Positions 1 to 8,936 of a DNA stretch of 64,000 bases are shown in pieces. Positions within the stretch are counted from its first letter, which is position 1. Every line of letters starts with the position of its first letter. The notes under the pieces are model-generated. The model had not been told where the DNA came from. It did no database searches and worked only from the letters and a program-made list of their open reading frames with translations. Source of the stretch: Candidatus Saccharimonadales bacterium (GTDB lineage: Bacteria > Patescibacteriota > Saccharimonadia > Saccharimonadales > Saccharimonadaceae); the NCBI GenBank assembly GCA_039928925.1, contig JBDSSF010000001.1, positions 267,837 through 331,836 on the forward strand, given 5' to 3'. The translations under genes were made by a program, and so were the position numbers.

Positions 1-2
1 GT

Positions 3-362
3 GACACTGTCCGTGTTCACCAGAAAATTAAAGAAGGTACTAAAGAACGTATTCAGATTTTTGAAGGCGTTGTTATTCGTACTGACCGAAATAATTCGCA
101 TACTGCACGTATCACAGTTCGAAAAATTGCTAGTGGTGTTGGCGTTGAGAAAAGTTTCTTAATCCACAGTCCACTTGTTGATAAGATCGAGATCGCTCGC
201 CGTGCGAAAGTACGCCGTAACTACCTTTCATTCCTACGTAGTCGTAGTGGTAAAAGTGCTCGTCTTACAGCGCAAGATTTTGACCGTGAAGCTGTCAACA
301 AAGTTAACGAAGCTCCTGCAAAAGAAGTTATTGCAGAACCTGCAACTGAAAAAGCAGAATAG
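3..362 (+). CDS. rplS: 50S ribosomal protein L19, C-terminal part (5' end cut by window edge)
   Basis: Frame 3 from the window edge reads [79 protein letters not shown], the conserved L19 core; stop TAG at 360-362. Confidence 0.9.
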   Translation, partial: DTVRVHQKIKEGTKERIQIFEGVVIRTDRNNSHTARITVRKIASGVGVEKSFLIHSPLVDKIEIARRAKVRRNYLSFLRSRSGKSARLTAQDFDREAVNKVNEAPAKEVIAEPATEKAE

Positions 363-374
363 TCATTCTATAAG

Positions 375-406
375 AAAAAACGTCCGATGTATATCGGGCG
401 TTTTTT
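375..406 (+). terminator. Rho-independent terminator after rplS
   Basis: CGTCCGAT-GTAT-ATCGGGCG stem-loop (one G.U pair) flanked by an A-tract and a TTTTTT run. Confidence 0.7.
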
Positions 407-458
407 GTTTACGGAGCTATATTACTAATAATAGAGTACGTAGAGTGAGATGATCGTT

Positions 459-496
459 GGAGTGAGGGGCACGCAAATTCGCGCGCCCCTCACTCC
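459..496 (-). terminator. 12-bp GC-rich hairpin just downstream of the minus-strand ORF 499..687
   Basis: GGAGTGAGGGGC-N14-GCCCCTCACTCC perfect inverted repeat; no clear U-run. Confidence 0.45.
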
Positions 497-498
497 CG

Positions 499-687
499 CT
501 ACCGCCGGCTGAGGATTGCATCGACTTCGGATATCTCCTGTGCCGTGAGCTCTCTTCCGAGTACTCTGGTGAAAGCACGAAGAACGTTACTTCGGCTCTG
601 AGCCGTCGGTCTCCTGGAATAGTTACGCACCGTCGCCACGAGTCTTCCATTGTTGAAAGCGTCTTTCACTGATGGGATGTCCGCCAC
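499..687 (-). CDS. Hypothetical 62-aa protein in a high-GC insert between rplS and rnhB
   Basis: ORF track entry; local GC visibly above flanks; followed by a strong hairpin; no recognisable domain. Confidence 0.4.
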   Translation of the reverse strand: MADIPSVKDAFNNGRLVATVRNYSRRPTAQSRSNVLRAFTRVLGRELTAQEISEVDAILSRR

Positions 688-767
688 GTTAGTACCTTAC
701 TCTAGTAGGTTCTCATGTCGATAAACATGAGTTACTGCTACCATAGCAGTATATTCATATTCTGTCA

Positions 768-1397
768 ATGAGCTACAATAGAAATATGATTTTAGGAATT
801 GACGAAGTTGGGCGCGGACCTTGGGCGGGACCTCTTGTTGTGGGAGCTGTTGTTTTAGGCGATATTCCTATCGAAGGACTCACTGACAGTAAAAAGCTAA
901 CGAAAAAGCGTCGCGAAGAACTTGATGCTATTATTCGCCGAGATGCAGCCGGCTTTGGTCTAGGATGGGTGAGTGCTGATGAACTTGATAGTATTGGACT
1001 GTCAGCCGCACTAAGGCTTGCTACCCGCCGGGCTGTTGAACAGGTCACTTCAGCCTACAGTGAGATTATTATTGATGGAACAATAAACTTTCTTGCTAAC
1101 ACAAGTAGGGCTGCTTATGTCACGACGATTCCAAAAGCTGACCTGCTCGTTCCTAGCGTCTCTGCGGCATCAATTATAGCGAAGGTGGCTCGTGATGCCT
1201 TTATGACCGACCAAGACGCTGTGTATCCCGGCTATGGCTTCAAGACTCATGTTGGGTATGGCACACCAGCACATCGCCAAGCGATAGAGAACTTAGGTGT
1301 GACTCCACTTCACCGACTATCTTTTGCGCCACTAACAAAATACCGACTAGATACACCAAATCATAAAAAGTCTAAATCATCCACGAAGTATGTATAA
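768..1397 (+). CDS. rnhB: Ribonuclease HII
   Basis: ILGIDEVGRGPWAGPLVVGAVVL and DSKKLTKKRREEL motifs typical of RNase HII. Confidence 0.9.
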   Translation: MSYNRNMILGIDEVGRGPWAGPLVVGAVVLGDIPIEGLTDSKKLTKKRREELDAIIRRDAAGFGLGWVSADELDSIGLSAALRLATRRAVEQVTSAYSEIIIDGTINFLANTSRAAYVTTIPKADLLVPSVSAASIIAKVARDAFMTDQDAVYPGYGFKTHVGYGTPAHRQAIENLGVTPLHRLSFAPLTKYRLDTPNHKKSKSSTKYV

Positions 1398-1427
1398 GTG
1401 ATCGCAGGTACCAGACTCTACTCCAAA

Positions 1428-3950
1428 TTAAAGTGCCAGTAGCGCTGATATGACACTATCACGGTCTCGTTCAATCAGCTCGACGCGACCTTCTATTTCC
1501 GAAACTCCAATTGTAATAACACGACTCAGAGCTGGAATCTCCTTCTTAGGTGTGAAGAACTCAATATACTGAGCTAGTTGTTCTCGTGTTACAAGACTAC
1601 TTGCACTGTAGCGCGGGTAGTCATCGTAGCTTTTGTCACCAGCAAATGTATCAATGACCCACTGCCAGTTGTCTCGAATCCACTGCCAAGCGGCATCGCG
1701 ACTTTCTCTGCCACGAATGAGATACACGAACCAGCGTGCAGCATCCTGAGGCCGTATAACTAGCGGATCTTTTATTGCTTCAAGAAGTAGCAGTATTTTC
1801 TCTTTAGTTCGAGTTGATGTAATACCAAGACATATATCCTGCTGCAGTTCAGCTGACGATGATGACTTATATGTTGAAAATAGTGCATCAAATATCTTTC
1901 CATCATCATGCCGTACAACACTGCTAATAATAAGGGGTCGAAGCTCTGGGTCAAGATCGATGAGATCATTTGATTCAAATAGAGTCTTTGCTTTTTGAAG
2001 TGCATCGGGAGCTTCACCGTATAGTGTAAGCGCTAAAATCGTTGCACGAAGTTTCGAGTCTTCTTCTGATTCACCTGGTTTTGCATCCCATCCAAGTCGA
2101 GCATATTGCTCTGCCGCCATGTTTGCAGCAAATGTACGCAGCTTACTCTCAGCTATGGGGTTATCATCGACAAACTTTTTTAATTCACCAATAGCCATAC
2201 TCATAATCGTCCATACTGGTTCACTCGTTTCATTTTTATACCCACCGAGGAGGCTAATGAGCTGAATACTCGGAAGAATACCTGCTCTTGCAAGCATCGT
2301 TGATTCATCAAGCAGTTGGATACGATCAAGCATAGATAAGTTACCGGCACTCACCTCGCCGATTAATCGCTGGAGCAAATCGTCACTATAGTGAGTAATA
2401 AAATGAGCCGTATCTTGGTCGTTAAATCTGAGTGGTGTGGTGTGGTGACGCGTCACGACAACCGATCTTTCAGAAAGTATTTCTGGCATCTCGCTACAAG
2501 GAGAGGTGAGCGGAATTGGCCATAGTTTACTCGATGCTTCGTGTGGACCTACAAAGAATTGTTCCTGAGCGAGTGTTACTTGATCACCGTCCTGTGAGAC
2601 ATGGAGAACCGGATAGCCAGACTGTGAAATCCATGTATTCATAAGACCGGCAATATCTTTACCGCTAATCTTTGCTAATGCATTCCATAGGTCATCTTGA
2701 TCAGTGTTGCTGTAGGCATGTTCTTTAAAGTACAGCCCAAGACCAGTACGAAAGTCTTCTTTGCCTACGTAGTGTTCTAGCATGCGTAGGAGCCGAGCGC
2801 CTTTTGCGTAAACGATTGCACCGTCAAATAACGTACTAATCTCATCAGGATGGTTTACATCTACCTGAACAGCCTGTACACCGTCAACACTGTCTCGACG
2901 TAGGGCCATGACAACCTCACCTGATGCGAAATCAAGCCATATATTCCATTCAGGGTAAAGTGCATCAATGGCAATGTACTCCATCAGGGTTGCAAAACTT
3001 TCATTTAGCCAAAGATTATTCCACCACTTCATAGTGACAAGATTACCGAACCACTGATGAGATAGCTCATGCGCAACAACAGTTGCAATATACTGCTTAC
3101 TACTTATTGAAGTTGTCTTAGGATCTGCAAGGAGCGCAATTTCACGATAAGTAATGAGGCCCCAGTTTTCCATTGCACCAGATCCAAAATCTGGAAGTGC
3201 CACATGATCCGACTTAGGTAGCGGATAAGGGACACCGAAATACTCGTCAAAGAAATCAATCGTTCGAGTTGCAACGCCAAGAGCGAAATCAAGGCTTTCT
3301 GGTGGTTGAGCTGGTGTTGCCCAAACATTTACTTCGACGCCACTTTTCGTTGTTGCAGTCTTTTTATGCATTTCACCAACAACGAATGCGAGCAGATACG
3401 TGCTCATTTTTGGCGATGTCTTAAAAGAGGTCACAAGCTGGTCATCAGCCACAACTTGTCTCTCGACAGGCATATTTCCTAAAACTGTAATGTTTTGTTC
3501 GGTCGTGAGAGTGACGTCAAAAGTCGCCTTTGCTTCAGGTTCATCGATACACGGGAATACTTCACGGGTATGATGGCTTTCGAACTGCGTAGCTAGGAGC
3601 TCTTTTTTAACACCATTATATTCGTAGTAGCAGGGATAGAGTCCGTGCATGGGGTCGGTGATCGTACCTGAAAAACCGATAACAAGAATATGTGTTCCAC
3701 TATGGATATCTGGGTGAGTGATATGGAGCTCATCGTTGTCGCTGCTACCAAAATCTGCTTCTTTGCCATCTAGCGTAGCTGATTCAATTGCAAGATCCTT
3801 TGCATGAACGATGATAGTACCGGTACTATCGGGTGACACGCCGTGAATAGTAACTGTCCCACGGAAAGTTCGCTCAGCCCGGCCAAGCATTAATGAAAGG
3901 TCATAATGTGTTGGTGAAAATTGATCAATAAGTCGAGGTACTGTCTGCAT
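1428..3950 (-). CDS. pepN: M1-family aminopeptidase N
   Basis: GAMENWGLITYRE exopeptidase motif and HELSHQWFGNLVT...WLNESFA zinc-binding HEXXH-E motif; 840 aa. Confidence 0.9.
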   Translation of the reverse strand: MQTVPRLIDQFSPTHYDLSLMLGRAERTFRGTVTIHGVSPDSTGTIIVHAKDLAIESATLDGKEADFGSSDNDELHITHPDIHSGTHILVIGFSGTITDPMHGLYPCYYEYNGVKKELLATQFESHHTREVFPCIDEPEAKATFDVTLTTEQNITVLGNMPVERQVVADDQLVTSFKTSPKMSTYLLAFVVGEMHKKTATTKSGVEVNVWATPAQPPESLDFALGVATRTIDFFDEYFGVPYPLPKSDHVALPDFGSGAMENWGLITYREIALLADPKTTSISSKQYIATVVAHELSHQWFGNLVTMKWWNNLWLNESFATLMEYIAIDALYPEWNIWLDFASGEVVMALRRDSVDGVQAVQVDVNHPDEISTLFDGAIVYAKGARLLRMLEHYVGKEDFRTGLGLYFKEHAYSNTDQDDLWNALAKISGKDIAGLMNTWISQSGYPVLHVSQDGDQVTLAQEQFFVGPHEASSKLWPIPLTSPCSEMPEILSERSVVVTRHHTTPLRFNDQDTAHFITHYSDDLLQRLIGEVSAGNLSMLDRIQLLDESTMLARAGILPSIQLISLLGGYKNETSEPVWTIMSMAIGELKKFVDDNPIAESKLRTFAANMAAEQYARLGWDAKPGESEEDSKLRATILALTLYGEAPDALQKAKTLFESNDLIDLDPELRPLIISSVVRHDDGKIFDALFSTYKSSSSAELQQDICLGITSTRTKEKILLLLEAIKDPLVIRPQDAARWFVYLIRGRESRDAAWQWIRDNWQWVIDTFAGDKSYDDYPRYSASSLVTREQLAQYIEFFTPKKEIPALSRVITIGVSEIEGRVELIERDRDSVISALLAL

Positions 3951-3981
3951 ATATCTATTGTAACAAAGGTATACTAGATAT

Positions 3982-4671
3982 ATGAAACAAGGTTACGTAC
4001 TTCGACGGATCATTGGGGTAATTTTTATCCTCGCTACCGTAGCAGCTGTGTCTATTAACCATCCAAATATAATGCAGTCAGTGGCTCCGCCTCAATCCGT
4101 TAGTACGGCAACGGGACCAGCAATAGATGTACTAAATAGTCTTGCGGTTAAAGGTCGCTCTCCAAAAACAGGGTACGCGAGGACGCAATTTGGTGATGGC
4201 TGGACAATATCTAAAGGGTGTGACACTCGGGAGATTATTTTACGTAGGGACATGACGAATGTCACCGCGAATGACAAGTGCCAGGTAATAAGCGGTACGC
4301 TCAATGATCCGTATACTGGTAAAATAATTCTTTTTAGCCGAGGTGAATCATCAAGTAGCGCAGTGCAGATCGATCATGTTGTTGCGCTTAGTAATGCTTG
4401 GCAGACCGGTGCTCAGCAGCTTACTGTGGATCAGCGCGTGTCACTTGCTAATGATCCACTTGAGTTACTTGCCGTTGATGGTCCAACAAATCAACAAAAA
4501 TCTGATGGTGACGCTGCCACATGGTTACCCTCAAATAAGTTATATCGTTGTCAGTATGTCAGTCGTCAGGTTGCAGTGAAATCAAAATACAAACTGTGGG
4601 TGACTCAATCTGAAAAAAATGCGATCACAGCTATTCTCTCAACATGTCCAGGACAAATACTACCCCAGTAA
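3982..4671 (+). CDS. Secreted/membrane-anchored DUF1524 (GmrSD C-terminal, HNH-type) nuclease family protein
   Basis: N-terminal hydrophobic anchor; GCDTREIILRRD, DPYTG, QIDHVVALSNAWQTGA, ANDPLELLAVDGPTNQQKSD, WLPSN, C.Y pattern typical of DUF1524 proteins. Confidence 0.75.
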   Translation: MKQGYVLRRIIGVIFILATVAAVSINHPNIMQSVAPPQSVSTATGPAIDVLNSLAVKGRSPKTGYARTQFGDGWTISKGCDTREIILRRDMTNVTANDKCQVISGTLNDPYTGKIILFSRGESSSSAVQIDHVVALSNAWQTGAQQLTVDQRVSLANDPLELLAVDGPTNQQKSDGDAATWLPSNKLYRCQYVSRQVAVKSKYKLWVTQSEKNAITAILSTCPGQILPQ

Positions 4672-4698
4672 AAAATAAGTGGGCTTTTATATCTGCTT

Positions 4699-5379
4699 TT
4701 AGCGCACCGGTGGAATAATAAGCTGTGGGCCACTTGTTTTCATACTATTCACCTCAGGGTTTGCCATCTTTATCTGTAGCATGCCATCAGGGTGTGTACG
4801 CATACAATCATACAGTGAGCTGTAGTCGTCTACTGTCGGGTCGAGCCAAGTAGCTTCATCTTCAGGGCGTAAGATAACGGGCATTCGTGGGTTGATCGTT
4901 GCCATTTCTATATTTGAAACAACCGTTATGACGGCAAACATACCCCACTGTGTGCCTTCAGGATCTGTCCATGAAGAATAGATACCCGCAATCGAGAATA
5001 AGTCTTGGTCTTTGGGTTTAATATAAAATGGTCTTTTTCCATCTGGCGTTTTTTGCCATTCGTAGTAGCCATTTGATGGTATAAGGCACCGACTATTGCG
5101 GATTGCATGTTGCCAGCTTACTTTTTCAAATACATCTTCAGATTTAGCATCAAATGTTTTATAGCGAAAGACGCCATTTGTATCTTTAGCGCGTTCGGGA
5201 ATGAAGCCCCATTTCATCCGCTTTAGCTCAATAACACCATCTGAATTTGTAAATATAACTGGCGCAAGCTGTGTTGGGCTGATATTATAATTTTTCTTTA
5301 CACCCGGGGGAACGCCGTTAGGGAGCTTAAAACGATCACGTAGGTTTTCAATTTCAAATAGCGTATAGCGTTCGGACAT
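4699..5379 (-). CDS. SOS-response-associated peptidase (SRAP/YedK/HMCES family), with Ser instead of Cys at position 2
   Basis: NYNISPTQ, RCLIPSNGYYEWQK and NPRMPVIL family motifs; N-terminus reads MSERY instead of the canonical MCGR. Confidence 0.8.
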   Translation of the reverse strand: MSERYTLFEIENLRDRFKLPNGVPPGVKKNYNISPTQLAPVIFTNSDGVIELKRMKWGFIPERAKDTNGVFRYKTFDAKSEDVFEKVSWQHAIRNSRCLIPSNGYYEWQKTPDGKRPFYIKPKDQDLFSIAGIYSSWTDPEGTQWGMFAVITVVSNIEMATINPRMPVILRPEDEATWLDPTVDDYSSLYDCMRTHPDGMLQIKMANPEVNSMKTSGPQLIIPPVR

Positions 5380-5523
5380 ATTGCTATTATACCTTAGTTA
5401 ATCTGTTATGTGGTCTATCTATATTTAATTACTATTAAAACATTGCAACCGCGCCTATATAGATGACATAGATATCGTAAGATCTAGTAAAACAGAGGTC
5501 AAAAGGATACAATATATCAAGTT

Positions 5524-6756
5524 ATGCAGGACTCATTCTCTTTTACTATTCAGACAAAGCTTTCAAGTGATTCTTTAGCGCGAACAGGAACTATCCATAC
5601 TCCACATGGTGATATTCAAACACCAGCCTTTATTGTAGTCGGGACTAAAGCGGCAGTTAAAGCAATGGTACCAGAACAGGTCAAAGCTGTTCATGCTCAG
5701 GCTGTACTCGCCAACGCCTATCATCTTTATTTACAGCCAGGTCATGCACTTATCGAACAAGCCGGTGGTATTGGAAAGTTCATGAACTGGCAAGGCCCGA
5801 CATTTACTGACTCAGGTGGATTTCAAGTTTTGTCACTTGGAAGTGGTTTTAAAAAAGTACTTGCCATGGAGTCTGGAAGCGCAAAAGTGGTTGATTCAAT
5901 CGCACCGATGGGAGCGCGTCACGCATTTGTCGATAATGACGGCGTTACATTTAAATCGCATCTTGACGGAAGTATGCACCGATTTACACCAGAGCATTCT
6001 ATGCAAGTGCAGCATGGAATTGGCGCAGATATTACATTTGCTTTTGACGAACTCACCTCACTGGTTGATACATACGATTATCAAGTCGAGTCACTGAATG
6101 TTCGTACACATCCATGGGCAGAGCGAAGCCTTATAGAAGTCCAGCGATTACGAGAACAAGACCCAGGTCGTCCATACCAAGCATTATTCGGTGTCATACA
6201 GGGTGCCCAGTATGAAGACCTACGAAAGCAAGCAGCTACATTTATGGGTCAACTACCGTTTGATGGGTACGGCATAGGTGGTGCGCTTGAGAAAAGTCAA
6301 ATGGGTGAAATTATTAAATGGGTAAACACCATACTCCCAGAAAATAAACCTCGACATCTTCTTGGTATCAGTGAGCCTGATGATATTTTTCTCGCAATAG
6401 AACAAGGCATTGATACGTTTGACTGCGTGTCCCCAACAAGAGTTGGTCGTAACGGCGCAGTGTATACCTATGACGGAAGAGTAAACATTAAGGGCGCAAA
6501 ATATAAAACTGATTTTACGCCTCTACTTGAAGGTTGTGAGTGCTATACGTGTCAACATTACACACGTGCATATATACAACATTTATTTCGCGCGAAAGAA
6601 ACTCTTGCTGGAACACTGGTATCAATACATAATGAACATTTCATTATCAAACTTGTTGATGACATTCGTGTAAGTATTATCAATAAAACTTTTTATGAAC
6701 TCAAGGACTCTTGGCTTAGCCGGTATTACGCTAAAAAAGATATCGCTAAGTCGTGA
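5524..6756 (+). CDS. tgt: tRNA-guanine transglycosylase (queuine tRNA-ribosyltransferase)
   Basis: FTDSGGFQV, LFGVIQG, GYGIGG, LLGISEPDD and the CECYTC zinc motif. Confidence 0.9.
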   Translation: MQDSFSFTIQTKLSSDSLARTGTIHTPHGDIQTPAFIVVGTKAAVKAMVPEQVKAVHAQAVLANAYHLYLQPGHALIEQAGGIGKFMNWQGPTFTDSGGFQVLSLGSGFKKVLAMESGSAKVVDSIAPMGARHAFVDNDGVTFKSHLDGSMHRFTPEHSMQVQHGIGADITFAFDELTSLVDTYDYQVESLNVRTHPWAERSLIEVQRLREQDPGRPYQALFGVIQGAQYEDLRKQAATFMGQLPFDGYGIGGALEKSQMGEIIKWVNTILPENKPRHLLGISEPDDIFLAIEQGIDTFDCVSPTRVGRNGAVYTYDGRVNIKGAKYKTDFTPLLEGCECYTCQHYTRAYIQHLFRAKETLAGTLVSIHNEHFIIKLVDDIRVSIINKTFYELKDSWLSRYYAKKDIAKS

Positions 6757-7272
6757 CTAAGAATTATCTGCACAGTAGTCTTTACCTGATGTTAGTGGTA
6801 TCTGAAGCGCGAATTGTCTCGAATTGGTACTGAGTTGGACATCTCTGTCGCCTACACATATATATCCTCTTCTGTAGATTACACTCGTAAATCCATCGCT
6901 TACGACTGAGCTGAGGGTGTAAGGTTTATGTGTTACTGGATAAGCCAAGCCCTCCATGTATTTATTTTGGAATGTAGCAATTTCAGCTTCTGTTGCTGGG
7001 TATTTGCCATTGTTGTCGGACGAGTAAGACTCTAGGAGTGTGGTAATTCGTTTCATATCAGATTGAATAATAGTGTCGGTTGCGGCATTTTGAACTGTAG
7101 GCTGTGTTTTAGGCGGAGATGTTGAATCAGCGGGTTTCATTTCTGCCACTGTATTTGAAGAATCATCAACTAGAGGGCTATGTGGCGCTAACAGATCTAG
7201 CGCTTTAATAGTACCAAAAGCAATAAGTGGGATAGCGACTATAGAAACGGAAATAATAATAAGCTTTTTCAT
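6757..7272 (-). CDS. Hypothetical exported/membrane-anchored protein, C-terminal region pilin-like
   Basis: N-terminal hydrophobic segment MKKLIIISVSIVAIPLIAFG; LLESYSSDNNGKYPAT resembles the pilin-fold helix end, plus a C-terminal Cys pair; no prepilin G/FTLIE motif. Confidence 0.5.
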   Translation of the reverse strand: MKKLIIISVSIVAIPLIAFGTIKALDLLAPHSPLVDDSSNTVAEMKPADSTSPPKTQPTVQNAATDTIIQSDMKRITTLLESYSSDNNGKYPATEAEIATFQNKYMEGLAYPVTHKPYTLSSVVSDGFTSVIYRRGYICVGDRDVQLSTNSRQFALQIPLTSGKDYCADNS

Positions 7273-7383
7273 GAGACTTATTGTAACAGATTTTAGTAAT
7301 CAAAATTACTTGTATAAATTATAATAATAAGCTATAAATAAATTAACATGAGCGTAAACGTATTCACTGGAATTACATACTAG

Positions 7384-8166
7384 ATGATGGACCGACTGCT
7401 TGCGTCCAGCATGCAGTCGTACGCACACCTCCCGCCGCCAGATGCATGGAAAGAACCGGACAAATGGCTTAGTCCCGACAATAGACAAAAATTCTACGCG
7501 CCAATAGATGACCGCGGTTTTGTATTACCAGATGACACCGTTGAGACTGTTCTTGATTTATTTCATGATGATTATGAATGGCCGTACGATAAAGACGACC
7601 CAACAACAAAACCTGACGACCACCACTTTCACTGGGAAATGGATTCATACCTCCCAGTGCACCATCTAGGTAGTACCATCCCAATGGCCTTTCGTGAACT
7701 CGCAACCAATAGAGGACTTATGCCGCGGCAATTTCATAATGTTATTCACCATGTTACTTATGAGCCTGAAATTCCAGATCTATCCGATATGGAGCAATAT
7801 TTGCGGTCATACGTTCTTGCAAAACACGCCTTCCTACGTTTATTTGCGACTGCCAAACAGGCAGTAACGGCTCAGCGAACTTTCTCCGTTCGTCGTCAAG
7901 ATATTCTTGAACACCCAGATAGGATAAAAGGAGATTATGACGAAGTTGGTGAAGCATTCCATGCCCAGCAGTTTAATAAATATTTCACAACCTACCAACA
8001 ACTTATTTTAGCAACTCAGAATATTCCTTCGGATAACCCTGTTTTTTCAGACATCGATAGGATTAATAGGCGATTGAAACCCCACCATGCTGTAAAAATA
8101 TTAGGTCTTGCAGCGACACGAAAGTATGTTAATTTCGTACCATTAATTGTTGGTAAAGCTGCTTGA
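7384..8166 (+). CDS. Hypothetical protein with colicin-type HNH motif spacing (HH-x14-N-x8-H-x3-H)
   Basis: aa 93-122: VHHLGSTIPMAFRELATNRGLMPRQFHNVIH; start codon uncertain. Confidence 0.5.
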   Translation: MMDRLLASSMQSYAHLPPPDAWKEPDKWLSPDNRQKFYAPIDDRGFVLPDDTVETVLDLFHDDYEWPYDKDDPTTKPDDHHFHWEMDSYLPVHHLGSTIPMAFRELATNRGLMPRQFHNVIHHVTYEPEIPDLSDMEQYLRSYVLAKHAFLRLFATAKQAVTAQRTFSVRRQDILEHPDRIKGDYDEVGEAFHAQQFNKYFTTYQQLILATQNIPSDNPVFSDIDRINRRLKPHHAVKILGLAATRKYVNFVPLIVGKAA

Positions 8167-8223
8167 ATTAGAATATATTTCTTATGGTTGCACAAGCCCA
8201 CATGCTCGGAGTATTATCTTTCA

Positions 8224-8826
8224 ATGACGGATCACGAGAAAAATGGCAATTACTCTGGTGAAAACGACCCCTTATTTGCTCATTTAGATTTTGAAACACC
8301 TACTATTATGATTGATAGAGATGGGCAGCAGTGGATTCAAGTTAATTTTGAGACAGAGCGACAAAAACTACTTGATGATTTTTATGATCATATGCTTGCT
8401 TATACTCAGATGTACGGAGATGTAGATATGTCTAATGAAGAGTCATATCGGGCATTTGTACATAACCTTGGTGAACTAATGGCCGACGAAGAAGAAAAAA
8501 TCGAACTCTATATGGATGAATGGGTCCAGGTAGGTGGACTTGAGTATATTCTCCATGACGGCAAGCCGCATCGGTTCAAAAAAGGTGGTGTACTTCGTGG
8601 TCGATATCAAGGTATCGAGCTATACCCTTGTTACGATATATCTACAGGAAAATCTATCGAAACACTACCTATCGGTGTAAGTCTCGCTGTAACTGATCTT
8701 TGGCTTGTGAGCGATGACGGTGAAACGGAAGAGCAGTTTGATTTTCCCGAGGGTGATCATGTGCTGCTAACACTTCATGGTCCTGGAATAGAAGTACGAA
8801 AATTTGAGCCAGTCATTGCTGCATAG
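8224..8826 (+). CDS. Acidic hypothetical protein, paralog 1 of a local family
   Basis: Alignable by eye with 8937..9596 (MTDxEK..., DPL.AHLDF, RGRYQG, AVTD, LLTLHG); TTGCAC-N18-TATTAT-N6-ATG upstream, so I prefer ATG 8224 over the ORF-track start 8188. Confidence 0.6.
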   Translation: MTDHEKNGNYSGENDPLFAHLDFETPTIMIDRDGQQWIQVNFETERQKLLDDFYDHMLAYTQMYGDVDMSNEESYRAFVHNLGELMADEEEKIELYMDEWVQVGGLEYILHDGKPHRFKKGGVLRGRYQGIELYPCYDISTGKSIETLPIGVSLAVTDLWLVSDDGETEEQFDFPEGDHVLLTLHGPGIEVRKFEPVIAA

Positions 8827-8936
8827 TTTCCTTTTGAAAAGAATATGACTGCGCATAGATAAGTTGGTAGATACAATAAATGAGCTTTAATTTCTTATGC
8901 TTGCATCAGTTTGTGTAAGCGGAGTATTATCTCAAA

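Noticed and set aside
417-650. 77-aa minus-strand ORF overlapping 499..687 in another frame
   Set aside because: It runs through the terminator hairpin and has no start context. It is a GC-rich shadow frame.
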